From positions 2,400,001-2,464,000 of the forward strand of contig CAWDML010000001.1 in assembly GCA_963803435.1 (NCBI GenBank): DNA of 64,000 bases, given 5' to 3'. The stretch's first letter is position 1, and every line of letters starts with the position of its first letter. The notes under the pieces are model-generated. The model saw only the letters and a program-made list of their open reading frames with translations, was not told the DNA's origin and did no database searches. Of this stretch, positions 29,101 through 40,542 are shown piece after piece. This stretch comes from an uncultured delta proteobacterium (GTDB taxonomy: Bacteria > Myxococcota > Kuafuiibacteriia > Kuafuiibacteriales > Kuafuiibacteriaceae). The position numbers and the translations under genes were made by a program.

Positions 29101-30440
29101 GCATTGTTCGGATCGACGCGGAGCACCGGGTAGTAGCTCCCGGTCGGGATGCTCGGCACCGTCACCGGGATGGAGAAGGTCTCGGTGGCCGCCCCGGTGA
29201 GGTTGATGGTGGCGGTGCCGAGCACCGGGTCCTGAGCCTCGTAGGTGCGGTTCGTCGAGCCGTAGATCCGAACGGTCACCGGGCCGGCGTACGCGACGCC
29301 GACGTTCCCGATCCCGATGTCGACCGACAGAGTGCCGCCTGGGTTCGCGCCGTTCACGGCCAGCGCGCCGGCTGCGGTGAGGTTGCGGGCGGTGGCGAAG
29401 GGCGCCGCGGCCGCCGAGACGTTGTTGGTCTCCGCGACCTCGTTGACCGCGTTGTTGGAGTCGACGAACAAGAGCAGCGTGTAGTTTCCGGGCGGTGCAC
29501 CCGGGGGGACGCTGACCGTGGCGGTCAGCGTCGTGGGCACGTTCCCCGCGAGGAGCTGAGGTACCGTGAAGGTGCCCACCAGGAGATCGCTCGCGTCGAC
29601 CTGCGCGTCTGCCGACAGATACAGCGACGACTGCACGTTGCTGGCGCTCTGCGTCCCGACGTTTCGCAGCGTGACCTGCCCGACGGCCGACTGGCCTGGC
29701 AGCGCTCCCCGCGGGAACATGCCCACGCTCCCCTGGAGCTCCGGCCCCTGGGCGAGCTGCACCGCGTAGACGTTGCCGGTCATGCCGGCGTAGTCGAGGT
29801 GGTTGCAGTACGGGGAGCCGTTGGAGCAGGCGAGGAACGCGCCGGAGGGAACGCCGTCCGGTCCCTCCCAGCCGGTGGTCGCCGAGTAGCCCTCGGCGGC
29901 GTCGAGCTCACCGTCGACCCGCACCTCGAAGCGTCCGGCCACACCTTCGTACAGCCAGACCTGCCAGTTGCCGTCGGCGACGTTTCCGAACGCGTAGTGC
30001 TCCCAGCCTCGGACCTCGATCACGAACACCCGGTTCGGCGCGCTGCCGAGGGTACCGTAGCTCGCATAGCCGTCGACCAAGGGGACCACCAGGTCGTCCC
30101 ACCACACCGCGATGACGTTGTCGGCCCCGCTCGGCGATCCGATCGGATAGTTCGAGTACGAGCCGAAGTCGGTGTTCTGACCGAAGACCACGTAGCCGTT
30201 CACCGCGACGCGGGCCTCCGTGTACGGTTGGCCGAGATAGTTGAAGATGAACGGGATCGGGACGGTCGCGTTGCCCTCGTCGGTGCTCGAGAAGCTGAAC
30301 GGGGTGACATTCTGGGCCCCCGGGAGCGACGCGAGCGGCAAGTAGGGGCCGGGCGTCACCGTCTGCACGTAGAACTGTGCGCGGGCTTCGTTCGCGAAAA
30401 AGAGGAGACAGAATACGGAGACGACCGAGAGTCGTTTCAC
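26070..30440 (-). CDS. Large surface protein: CARDB repeats, putative Ig repeats, MYXO-CTERM anchor
   Basis: About 7 D.....E..E.NN repeats; 4 LP.GL.L...G.I.G(T)P repeats; GGGSSCGC..TM..RRFRR tail. Confidence 0.88.
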   Translation of the reverse strand: MKRLSVVSVFCLLFFANEARAQFYVQTVTPGPYLPLASLPGAQNVTPFSFSSTDEGNATVPIPFIFNYLGQPYTEARVAVNGYVVFGQNTDFGSYSNYPIGSPSGADNVIAVWWDDLVVPLVDGYASYGTLGSAPNRVFVIEVRGWEHYAFGNVADGNWQVWLYEGVAGRFEVRVDGELDAAEGYSATTGWEGPDGVPSGAFLACSNGSPYCNHLDYAGMTGNVYAVQLAQGPELQGSVGMFPRGALPGQSAVGQVTLRNVGTQSASNVQSSLYLSADAQVDASDLLVGTFTVPQLLAGNVPTTLTATVSVPPGAPPGNYTLLLFVDSNNAVNEVAETNNVSAAAAPFATARNLTAAGALAVNGANPGGTLSVDIGIGNVGVAYAGPVTVRIYGSTNRTYEAQDPVLGTATINLTGAATETFSIPVTVPSIPTGSYYPVLRVDPNNAIVEYDENDNLAVGAQAFPVGPELGISQLVSPGGANPGQPIAFMVTIVNTGVAYSGSLQVRFVASPDPIYDVNDPVLGLASITLTGLPSETLPATLTMPAIPSGLYYPIAIADPNNLIPEVNDFNNTRVGTTVFASGPDLRIDDVAGPTQATPGQPMMVTTTVGSSGAPYTGQVAYRLFLSADRAFDPQDTMVGEYTVSFTGQAAVADARMPLFPASLPPTGHYLIAVVDPQSQVAEASEANNVFIDDQRIGSGTDLRVYGVDFDASSARPGDQVHVTFTLSAEGSPFFGTVGFAISLSRDSSPDPGDLRVLDGTIAIAGTVTNAVTATITIGAQVPPGSYELIVEADPANQIVEPSETNNWDDSFFDLDIEGPNLAVTSLSAGAQAFVGIPFPVQLVVSNTDVVDAAGFRYGYYFTTNGLLRPPDGTELFVATTGPIPAGQSRVLTDMIDLPPQAVPSRYVQLGVILDVDAAVSESDEGDNISFLPGQLQILLPVADLWARIDEAPLEVAAGEDLAVTRTLQNLGVADSPPFTYGYYLSANDEIAPADDLLIASLSAQLQIGDYDRSIDIVNLPATVPPGVYRLGLVADPGDQLLETDESNNVALGPEVRVFPAALSVYTDQLPAAVLGAPYSAQLFASGPAANRTWTVTSGALPPGLALDQLAGTIMGTATEDGLYPFIVRVSAGNAHAERGLALRVRGGTVPIEIVTRMLPYAIVGRPYQTELVAVGGATPYTFGVRSALPEGLTATSTGGIGGTPTQAGAYALAVVVTDAEGSAATADVALNVVSPDRTVAITQAPLPDATFGAEYCQPETIKLYASGGLPPYVWTALSGPPPGMTLSSAGSLCGAPSSTGDFPMLVRAQDGTGVFDTSLFILRVRDASELSISLTTLQDAVRGEPYAAKLTARQGVEPYRWTIDSGALPGGLELSEEGTISGTPSALETAVFAVQVTDGAMQSRLQPLSIRVVEPGGGSSCGCTEAEPRSGAGPWLQLVLISLALAWRSRRFRRA

Positions 30441-30461
30441 CGCTGGGAGCGTAGCACCAAC

Positions 30462-30959
30462 TCAGTCCTCAAGCTCCTTGGGCCGGAGGATCCGGTGGAT
30501 CTTCCATGAGGGCGCGATGTTCCAAGCGTCGACCCACGTCGCACCCGTACCCTCGAGCAAAGCCGCCGCCGCCGTGGGCAGTCGCTGGTCTTCACCCGTG
30601 AGGAAGGTGAGCACCTCTTCCCAACCGTCGTTGTGTCCGAGGAGCAGGAGCGTGCGCACCTCGGGCGGCGCCAGCGCCACCTCGCTCCGGACCTCGCCGA
30701 GCCCGGCCAGATACAGGCGGCGCGTGAACGTCACCTCGGGGTGCTCGAACACCGGCTCCATGTGGGCCCAGGTCTGGCGGGTCCGCGCCGAGTCGGACGA
30801 GAGGACCAGCTCGGGCGCCCAGCCGAGCTTCGCGAGCTCGGCGGCGATCCTGGGCGCGTCCCTCTTCCCGCGCTTGCCGAGCGGGCGCGCGTGGTCGGTC
30901 GGAGCCTCCTTCTTCCAGGAGCTCTTCGCGTGTCGCATGAGAATGATCCGCCGTTCCAT
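30462..30959 (-). CDS. sixA: SixA-like phosphohistidine phosphatase
   Basis: LMRHAKS, D..RPL..RG, SS...RT.QT, LLGHN, LPT. Confidence 0.85.
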   Translation of the reverse strand: MERRIILMRHAKSSWKKEAPTDHARPLGKRGKRDAPRIAAELAKLGWAPELVLSSDSARTRQTWAHMEPVFEHPEVTFTRRLYLAGLGEVRSEVALAPPEVRTLLLLGHNDGWEEVLTFLTGEDQRLPTAAAALLEGTGATWVDAWNIAPSWKIHRILRPKELED

Positions 30960-30979
30960 CCGCGCCTCCTACAGAGCGA

Positions 30980-32566
30980 TCAGAAGCGCAGCAGCACGGT
31001 CTGCTGCTTCAACTTCGTGTCACGGCGCACCGTCAGATCGATGTTGCCGTTCTCGGGATCGAGCTTGAACGGGCTGGCGTACTTCGGCAGGTCCTTCTTC
31101 TCCTGGGCCTTTGCCTTCACCAGCGCCTTGAACTCCGGGTCGCCGAGCAACGGCTTGAAGTCGGGGTCGCTCTCGAAGACGGCGCGGTCTCGATAGCCTT
31201 CGTCCACCGCCATCCGGAGCTCCCGCAGCGCGTTGGCCGGGACGCCTGACTGCATCCACATCTTGGCGAGGTCGTAGCGGGCGCGCCCGCGGGTGCGCCA
31301 CTCGCTGAGCGCGGTCGCGGAGCGGATCGCCGCGTCGAGCTCCTTCTCCGCGGCCGGGATCTGCCCCTTCTTCAGCTGCGCGTAGCCGAGCCGCAGGTGG
31401 ACCTCGCCGCGCGCGCCGCCTTCGGCAACGATGCGCTTCAGGATCGTGATCGCGTCGTCGTACTTCTTCGCGTCGACCAGCCGACTCGCCATTTCCAGCA
31501 GCAGCTCGGAGTCGGACGGCGCGAGGCGCAAGCCTTGGCGGGTCGACTCGATCGCTTCGTCGATCTTCCCCAGCTTCGACTGGGCGTACCCGATCCGGCC
31601 CATCACCCACGGTTGGCGCGGCACCGCCTTCAGGTAGGCCTGGAAGACGGCCAGCGCCTGGTCGTAGCGCATCAGCGCCACCAGCGTGTCGCCGAGGTAG
31701 CCGCGGGCGAGGAGGAAGCCGGGCTGGCGCTCGATCGCCTGCTCGAGCGTCTTCACCGCGGCGTCGACGTCGTAGCGACGGCTGACCACCCAAAACTTTC
31801 CGATCCAGTACATCGGGAGGAAACGCTTCGAGTCCTTCACCTTCGCCAGGTGTTTCTCCGCGGCGGCTTGATCCTCCTTCAGGGCGTAGAGGAACCCGAG
31901 CGCCGCGTGCGCGTCCTCGAAGCCACCGCTCTCGCCCTTGTCGAGCTCGAGCGCTTGCTCGCAGGAGCGGATGGCGCCGCCAATGCGGTTCGCATCGAGC
32001 AACGCCGGAGTCACGATGCCGATCGGCTGCTCGATCATGACCCGATAGCAGGCGGCGTACGCGGTCAGCGCCGGCTCGCTCTGGGTCGCCGGCGTGACCA
32101 GGTCCGGATCGACCGCCTTCCTCGGTATTCCGGCCTTGTCGAGCAGCCCCACCAGCTCCTTCGAGAACGGCCCGAAGGCCTCGATGAGGTTGCCGCCCTC
32201 GACGCGGCTCGACACCTTCTTGACGCCGTCGGGCGAGCGCAGCTCGAACGTCAGCTCGACGCCCTTCGCGCCGCGTCCCAGCGTCCCGCTCAGGATCCAG
32301 TCGGCGCCCAGGACGGTCGCGAGCTCCCGCTTGATGGCCGCGTCGTCGAGGTTGGCGAAGCGAGCCTCGTGGTGCTCGAAGACCCGGTTGAGCTGCTTCG
32401 GATGGACGAGGTTCAGGTCGCCCAAGGCGCCCAGCGTCCCGAGCGCGCGGAGCTGGATCGCGACCCCGAGGTCGCCGACCAGCTCGTTCCTTCCCTCGAA
32501 CGGCATCACCAGGATGGTCGGCGAGGTGATCGCGAGGCCGGCGAGGCCCATGGCAAGACCCAACAT
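30980..32566 (-). CDS. Exported TolB-N-like + TPR protein
   Basis: ILVMPF..LGADWILSG domain; many TPRs; A...GY.D...DPDF..L tail. Confidence 0.75.
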   Translation of the reverse strand: MLGLAMGLAGLAITSPTILVMPFEGRNELVGDLGVAIQLRALGTLGALGDLNLVHPKQLNRVFEHHEARFANLDDAAIKRELATVLGADWILSGTLGRGAKGVELTFELRSPDGVKKVSSRVEGGNLIEAFGPFSKELVGLLDKAGIPRKAVDPDLVTPATQSEPALTAYAACYRVMIEQPIGIVTPALLDANRIGGAIRSCEQALELDKGESGGFEDAHAALGFLYALKEDQAAAEKHLAKVKDSKRFLPMYWIGKFWVVSRRYDVDAAVKTLEQAIERQPGFLLARGYLGDTLVALMRYDQALAVFQAYLKAVPRQPWVMGRIGYAQSKLGKIDEAIESTRQGLRLAPSDSELLLEMASRLVDAKKYDDAITILKRIVAEGGARGEVHLRLGYAQLKKGQIPAAEKELDAAIRSATALSEWRTRGRARYDLAKMWMQSGVPANALRELRMAVDEGYRDRAVFESDPDFKPLLGDPEFKALVKAKAQEKKDLPKYASPFKLDPENGNIDLTVRRDTKLKQQTVLLRF

Positions 32567-32656
32567 CGGGCGCACGCTAGCCCGGATCGAGCTGAGGGTC
32601 AGCAAAGCGTCGGATCGCGGAGGTCCGGCCGCTCTGGAAGCCGCTGAAGCGGCGGC

Positions 32657-34033
32657 TCAGTCCTTGGCGGCCTCGTCCTTGGGCGGGCGGTACGCGTCGA
32701 GCGTGAGCCCGTGCTTGTCGAGCCAGCGGTAGACCTGCTGCCGGTGCTTGCCCGTGAGCCGCGAGATCTCGGCGACGTTGCCGCCATGTTCGATCAGCAT
32801 CTGCTCGAGCACCTCCTTGGTCGGCTCCTCCTCGAGCCGGACCGGCGGCGCCGCCTCGACAGTCTTGGGCGGGTTCCGGATCGACGGCGGCAGCGCCGTG
32901 GTCTCCAACCGATCCGCCTGCGCGACGTAGAGGCGCCCGCGTTCGGCGGCGTGCAGCAACTCCCGGACGTTCTGCGGCCACGCGTGCAGCAGCAAGGCCT
33001 CGGCGGTCTCGAGCGCGATCGGCTTGTCGGACGCGAAGAAGCGCCCGAACAACCGCAGCACCTCCTCGCGGCGCTGCGACAGGGGCGGCAGCTCGATCAC
33101 GAATCCTGCGAGGCGGGCCAAGAGGTCGGAGCGAAACAGGCCTGCCTGCACCATGTCCTCCAGACGCTGGTGCGTCGCCGCCATGATGCGAACGTCGACG
33201 TCGATCTCCACGTCGGACCCGACCGGCCGGACCTTCCGCTCCTGGAGCGCGCGCAGGAGCGCAGGCTGTTGATCGAGCGGCAGCTCCGCGATCTCGTCGA
33301 GGAAGAGCGTGCCGCCCTTCGCCCGGGCGAACAGTCCGGTGCGCGAGCCTTGAGCGCCGGAGAAGGCGCCCGCGGCGTGTCCGAACAGCTCGCTGCCGAT
33401 CAGCTCGCGGGAGAAGGTGGCGCAGTTGACCGCGACCAGCTCGCCCTTACGGCCGCTCTGCTGGTGGATCCGGTGGGCCATGAGCTCCTTGCCGGCGCCC
33501 GTCGGTCCCACGATCAGGATGGGCAGCTCGGTGGGCGCCGCCAGATCGGCCGCGGCCTCGGCGACCGCGCGCCCCAGCGCCACCCCGTGCTGCGCGCCGG
33601 CCACCGACAGCCCCGCGGGCACCTCGACGTCCGCGTGGACGAGCAGCGAGCCGCCGATCCGGATCACCGATCCGTGCGCGAGCCGCGCCGTCTCCACCTT
33701 CTGGCCGCCCACGAAGACGCCGTTCTTGCTCCCCCGATCGACGACGCAGTAGTGGTCTTCGCCGCGGTCGTGGCGCACTTCGGCGTGAACGCGGCTGGCC
33801 TTGCCGTCGCCCTCGAGCGCGATGTTTCGCGGTCCCTCGCCCGGATCGCGTCCGATCAGATACGGCTTGCGATCGAGGACCCAGATCCCGTGGGATTGGA
33901 TCCGTCCGCCCGAGAAGACCAACGTCAGCGTGCGAAGGCGCCGCATCCCCGCCGGCTTGGTCGGGTTGGGCGCGACCTCGGTGGTCATCTGGGCGGGAAT
34001 CCGGAGTCCTTGGTCGTCTCGATCGCCGCTCAT
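32657..34033 (-). CDS. FHA-domain sigma54-dependent enhancer-binding protein (Fis-type HTH)
   Basis: IGR..SRVHA..GSKNG FHA; GPTGAGKE, ELFGH..GAFSGA, LFLDEI, WPQNVREL; GGNVAE HTH. Confidence 0.92.
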   Translation of the reverse strand: MSGDRDDQGLRIPAQMTTEVAPNPTKPAGMRRLRTLTLVFSGGRIQSHGIWVLDRKPYLIGRDPGEGPRNIALEGDGKASRVHAEVRHDRGEDHYCVVDRGSKNGVFVGGQKVETARLAHGSVIRIGGSLLVHADVEVPAGLSVAGAQHGVALGRAVAEAAADLAAPTELPILIVGPTGAGKELMAHRIHQQSGRKGELVAVNCATFSRELIGSELFGHAAGAFSGAQGSRTGLFARAKGGTLFLDEIAELPLDQQPALLRALQERKVRPVGSDVEIDVDVRIMAATHQRLEDMVQAGLFRSDLLARLAGFVIELPPLSQRREEVLRLFGRFFASDKPIALETAEALLLHAWPQNVRELLHAAERGRLYVAQADRLETTALPPSIRNPPKTVEAAPPVRLEEEPTKEVLEQMLIEHGGNVAEISRLTGKHRQQVYRWLDKHGLTLDAYRPPKDEAAKD

Positions 34034-34085
34034 CGCGCCGGGCTTGCACGGTAGGCGCAGGTCGGCTCAAAGCGCAAGCTGGACG

Positions 34086-35084
34086 ATGAGACCGTTCGTT
34101 CCCAATCGGCTGCTTCCGTCGGCGCACGCCATGACGATCGCCGGCGCGCTCCGCGCGAGCCGGCCCCTGCCGTCCACCACCGAGCGCGTGTTCGCGATCG
34201 ATGCGGAGACCCGCGTGCTCGCCCTGGTGAACCGCCGCCCCGACGACGCTCCCACGCTGCTCGTGCTGCACGGTCTCACCGGCTCCGCCGGCGCCGGTTA
34301 CCTGGGGACGCTCGCCGCCAAGGCGTACGCCCGCGGCTTCACCGTGGTGCGGCTGAACGCCCGCAACTGCGGCGGGACCGAGCACCTGACACCGACCCTC
34401 TATCACTCGGGGCTCACCGGCGACTGTCGCGCGGTGCTCGAGCAGCTCGCGCAAGACGGCTTGCAGCGCCCGTTCCTGGTCGGCTACTCGATGGGAGGAA
34501 ACATCGCACTCAAGCTGGGCTGCGAGCTCGGCCAAGCGGCGCCCCGCTTCCTCCGCGGGGTGGCCGCGATCTCACCGCCGATCGAGCTGGGCCAGGCCTC
34601 GCAGGCGATCGACCGCGGGCTGTTCAACGGGATCTATCAGCGGAGCTTTCTCCGCTCGCTCACCGGCCTCGTGCGGAGGAAGGCCGTCCTCTTCCCCGAC
34701 CGCTACGATCCGTCCGGCCTGGATCGCATCCGCTCGCTGCGGGCCTACGACGACCGCTACATCGCGCCGATGTTCGGCTTCACCGGCGCCGACGACTACT
34801 ACGCACGCGCCAGCGCCGGTCCTCTGCTGGACGCGCTCGCGGTGCCCGCGCTCGTGATCCACGCCCGCGACGACAGCATCATCCCCGTCGCGCCGTTCGA
34901 GGCCTGGCGTGCGCGGGGGCCCGAGCGCGTGACGTTCCTCCTCACCGATCGCGGCGGTCACACCGGCTTCATCGCGCGCGGCGGTCGGGAGGAGGATCGC
35001 TACTGGGCGGAGAACCGGGTGCTCGAGTGGGTGCAGCGGGCGTGCCGCGAAGAGAGTGGAATCGGGGGCGGGGCCCGTGCGTAA
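34086..35084 (+). CDS. YheT-family alpha/beta hydrolase
   Basis: LHGLTGS, RNCGG, LYHSG, GYSMGG, HARDD, GGHTGF. Confidence 0.88.
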   Translation: MRPFVPNRLLPSAHAMTIAGALRASRPLPSTTERVFAIDAETRVLALVNRRPDDAPTLLVLHGLTGSAGAGYLGTLAAKAYARGFTVVRLNARNCGGTEHLTPTLYHSGLTGDCRAVLEQLAQDGLQRPFLVGYSMGGNIALKLGCELGQAAPRFLRGVAAISPPIELGQASQAIDRGLFNGIYQRSFLRSLTGLVRRKAVLFPDRYDPSGLDRIRSLRAYDDRYIAPMFGFTGADDYYARASAGPLLDALAVPALVIHARDDSIIPVAPFEAWRARGPERVTFLLTDRGGHTGFIARGGREEDRYWAENRVLEWVQRACREESGIGGGARA

Positions 35085-35092
35085 TGGCTTGA

Positions 35093-35840
35093 ATGGGCCG
35101 CCCCCGCCTCCCCGCCGTCCTCGCCCTGCTGGTCCTCCCTCGGGTGGCACACGCCGACTTCGCCGCGGACCAGAAGCGGTTCCCGAGGGTCGAGAAGGCG
35201 TTCGAGAGCACCGAGGCCGGGCTCCGGAAGCACTTCGCGGCGCGGGGCCTGGCCTTCCCTCCGGAGCAGATCTTTCTCCGCGTGCTCAAGCGCGAGAAGC
35301 AGCTCGAGCTGTGGACGCGTGATCCGAAGAAGGGCTGGACGCTCGGCAAGACCTATCCGTTCTGCTATGCCTCCGGTCACCTCGGTCCGAAGCGGAGGCA
35401 GGGCGACAGCCAGGTGCCCGAGGGCTTCTATCAGATTCGATCGGTTCAACCCATCGAGCAGCTACCACCTCTCGTTAGGGGTGAGCTATCCGAACCGCGC
35501 GGACGTGATCCTGGGAGAGAAAGGCCGGCTCGGCGGCGACATCTTCATCCACGGCGACTGCGTGAGCATCGGCTGCATCGCGATCACCGACGCGATGATC
35601 GACGAGGTCTACACGCTCGCGGTCCTGGCGCGCGCCCGCGGGCAGCGCCGGATCCCGGTCCACATCTTTCCGGGGCGGCTCGACGAAGAGGGCATGGCGT
35701 ACTTCGAGCGCCGGTACGGGGGAGCGTTGCTGGAGTTCTGGAAGAACCTCTCGGTGGGCTACCGCTGGTTCGAGGAGAAGAAGGCCCTGCCGAAGGTCGA
35801 CGTCCTGGCCGACGGACGCTACGCGTTCTCGGGGACGTAG
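35093..35840 (+). CDS. YafK/DpaA-like L,D-transpeptidase-fold protein; frameshift near 35436
   Basis: K.E..LELW, SG.LGPK..QGD.QVPEGFY, then FNP.S.YHLS..YPN, GGDIFIHG.CVSIGCIA. Confidence 0.85.
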
Positions 35841-36649
35841 CCTTCGGGATGCGAGACTCCGCCCTCTCCGAAGAGAAAGATCTCGCACTGCTCCATCAAC
35901 ATCTTCATCGCACTCTGGTCGGCGGAGTGGATCCGGTACTCGTTCAGGATCATCTTGCAGTGCTCGACCCAGGCCTCCCACGCGTCCGCCGAGATCTCGT
36001 TGTAGATCCGCTCGCCGAGCGGCCCGGGGTAGGGACGACGCTTGAGGCCCGGCAGCTCCTTCTTGAGCTTGGTACAGAAGACGGTGCGCCGGCTGCTGGC
36101 GAAGCGATTGGCCGTGGGATCGTGGAGCGCGTTCGCGTGGGTGCTGTGGTCGTGATCGTGCCCAGGTCCCGCGGCGGCCGCAGCCGCGGGCTCGGCCTCC
36201 TGCTTCTTGGCCCGGTTCGCCTCGTTGTTGATCCACTTGTAGGACCGTCCCTCGGGCTCGCCCTCCTCGACCGGAAGACCGGAGTCCACCCAGCCGGGGG
36301 TCACCATGGTGCCGTCATCCCCACGCTCGGACGAGAACCCGCCGCGAAGATCGATCACGTTTTGATAGCCGAGGTTCTTCAGCTCGTTCGCCGCGCGCAG
36401 GGAGCGCGCACCCATGGCGCAGGAGGTGATGATCTTGGTCGACTTCTCCGGAAACACGAACTGCACGATCCGCGAGAAGTCCTGGTTGGGAATGTTCCCC
36501 TGCGGGGTGCGGTGCAGGAACGGGACATTGTACGCGCCCGCCGGATGTCCGGCCGCGAACTCCGGCATCGAACGGACGTCGAGGAGACGGTACCCCTCTT
36601 CTTCCACCAGCCGTTTCGCCTCTTCGGCGCCGACACGCTTCAGATCCAT
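35819..36649 (-). CDS. Rhodanese domain fused to YggX-like Fe(II)-trafficking domain
   Basis: LLDVR...EF..GH..GA.NVP, SCAMGARS; then RTVFCTKLKKELPGL..PYPGPLGERIY..IS..AW..W. Confidence 0.85.
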   Translation of the reverse strand: MDLKRVGAEEAKRLVEEEGYRLLDVRSMPEFAAGHPAGAYNVPFLHRTPQGNIPNQDFSRIVQFVFPEKSTKIITSCAMGARSLRAANELKNLGYQNVIDLRGGFSSERGDDGTMVTPGWVDSGLPVEEGEPEGRSYKWINNEANRAKKQEAEPAAAAAAGPGHDHDHSTHANALHDPTANRFASSRRTVFCTKLKKELPGLKRRPYPGPLGERIYNEISADAWEAWVEHCKMILNEYRIHSADQSAMKMLMEQCEIFLFGEGGVSHPEGYVPENA

Positions 36650-36702
36650 CGAACCACTCAAAGAGGATCCCGGGCCCGTTGTAAAGCGGTATCGTCGGTG
36701 GG

Positions 36703-39286
<2,584 letters not shown>

Positions 39287-39322
39287 ACCCCTGGGGCAAA
39301 AGATGTGGGGACACCGCCCACG

Positions 39323-40066
39323 CTAGGGTGAGTCATGCGCGCCTTGCGGGAGCGCAGGCGCCCAGCGCAGGTACGCACGCTCGGCGCCCTCGGGCGTCGC
39401 GTCATCGCGCCCCGCGAACTGCGTCTCCCCACTCTTGGTGTTCTCGAACTCCTCGGCGGTCACCGGAACGACCTTGAACAGGTTGACCCGATGATCGGCG
39501 GCGACGTCGATCTCTCCGGCCGGCACCAGGTCGAAGTACTGCAGGTTGTGTTGCGGTTGGCGCAGCTGCACCGTCGCGTACGCCTTGAACGTGCGGCCCG
39601 CCTCCGGGTCGAGGAGCAGCTTACCCAGCGCCGACAACACCTCGGCGATCGGTGGACCGTAGTTGCGCGTCTCGGCGAACAGCTCCACGTACACGTTCTC
39701 GCCGTCGATCGACTGGCGCGGAACTCGGCCGAATCCGACGGTCAGGACGATGTGCGTTCGCCCTCGCCCGATGCGACGGAACGCGTAGACGGTGTGCTCC
39801 GGCGCCGCGCCCTCGGCCGGGAATCTCTTCTCGTCCACGGGCCGCGATCGATTGCGAAGCCGGAACTCGCGGAGCAGCTCGTTGCGGTAGGCGTCGTCGG
39901 CGATCTTCGGCGCCAGCGGCGGCGGCGGCGGCGGCGTGGGCGCAGGCTTCGGGGTGGCGGGCGTGACCGTCTGCTGCGCGACCGGCGGTGGTTGCGAGGT
40001 CGTCTGCGTCCCGCACGCGGCGACCGCGAGCAGCGCAGAGAGCCCGATGCGCTTTTTTCCCGCCAT
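39323..40066 (-). CDS. Lipoprotein with SUFU (suppressor-of-fused)-like domain
   Basis: Lipobox VAAC; VYAF..LTVG..VELF..V.LF.VVPVT.EE. Confidence 0.6.
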   Translation of the reverse strand: MAGKKRIGLSALLAVAACGTQTTSQPPPVAQQTVTPATPKPAPTPPPPPPLAPKIADDAYRNELLREFRLRNRSRPVDEKRFPAEGAAPEHTVYAFRRIGRGRTHIVLTVGFGRVPRQSIDGENVYVELFAETRNYGPPIAEVLSALGKLLLDPEAGRTFKAYATVQLRQPQHNLQYFDLVPAGEIDVAADHRVNLFKVVPVTAEEFENTKSGETQFAGRDDATPEGAERAYLRWAPALPQGAHDSP

Positions 40067-40089
40067 GCGGGAGACCTACTCCAACTTTC

Positions 40090-40476
40090 TCAGGGCAGGA
40101 AGAAGACGAGCGCGGTGGCGGCCAGCGCGGAGAGGAGGCTCGCCCCGACCACCCGGTTCGCCAGGCTCTTGGCCTCGTCGACCTCGGCCCGAGAGCAGAC
40201 GGGCTCCACCTCCCCGGCCTCATTCACGCGGGTCCGCCGATTCACGTGGAAGGGGCAGGTCCGGTACAGGCCCTGCATTGCGCCCATCGCGGCCCCCATG
40301 AACGGGATGAACAGCGCCAGGCGCCAGATCCGCGGGATCGGGAGCTGAACCATCAAGATCGTGAGACCCAGCGCGATGGTGGTGGAAACGATGGCCTGCC
40401 GGAGCCGGACGTTCTGGGCCCCGGCGCCGAGGTTGTGACCAGGCAGCGCGCGATCTTCGCGGACGAGTCCTCGCAT
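40090..40476 (-). CDS. Small membrane protein
   Basis: Three hydrophobic segments; Q....TCP motif. Confidence 0.55.
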   Translation of the reverse strand: MRGLVREDRALPGHNLGAGAQNVRLRQAIVSTTIALGLTILMVQLPIPRIWRLALFIPFMGAAMGAMQGLYRTCPFHVNRRTRVNEAGEVEPVCSRAEVDEAKSLANRVVGASLLSALAATALVFFLP

Positions 40477-40542
40477 CGATGGGTCCCAGGCTAGCCGCGA
40501 CGGATCGGCGGACGCAAGCGCGCTATAGTCGAGGCTGCGGGG

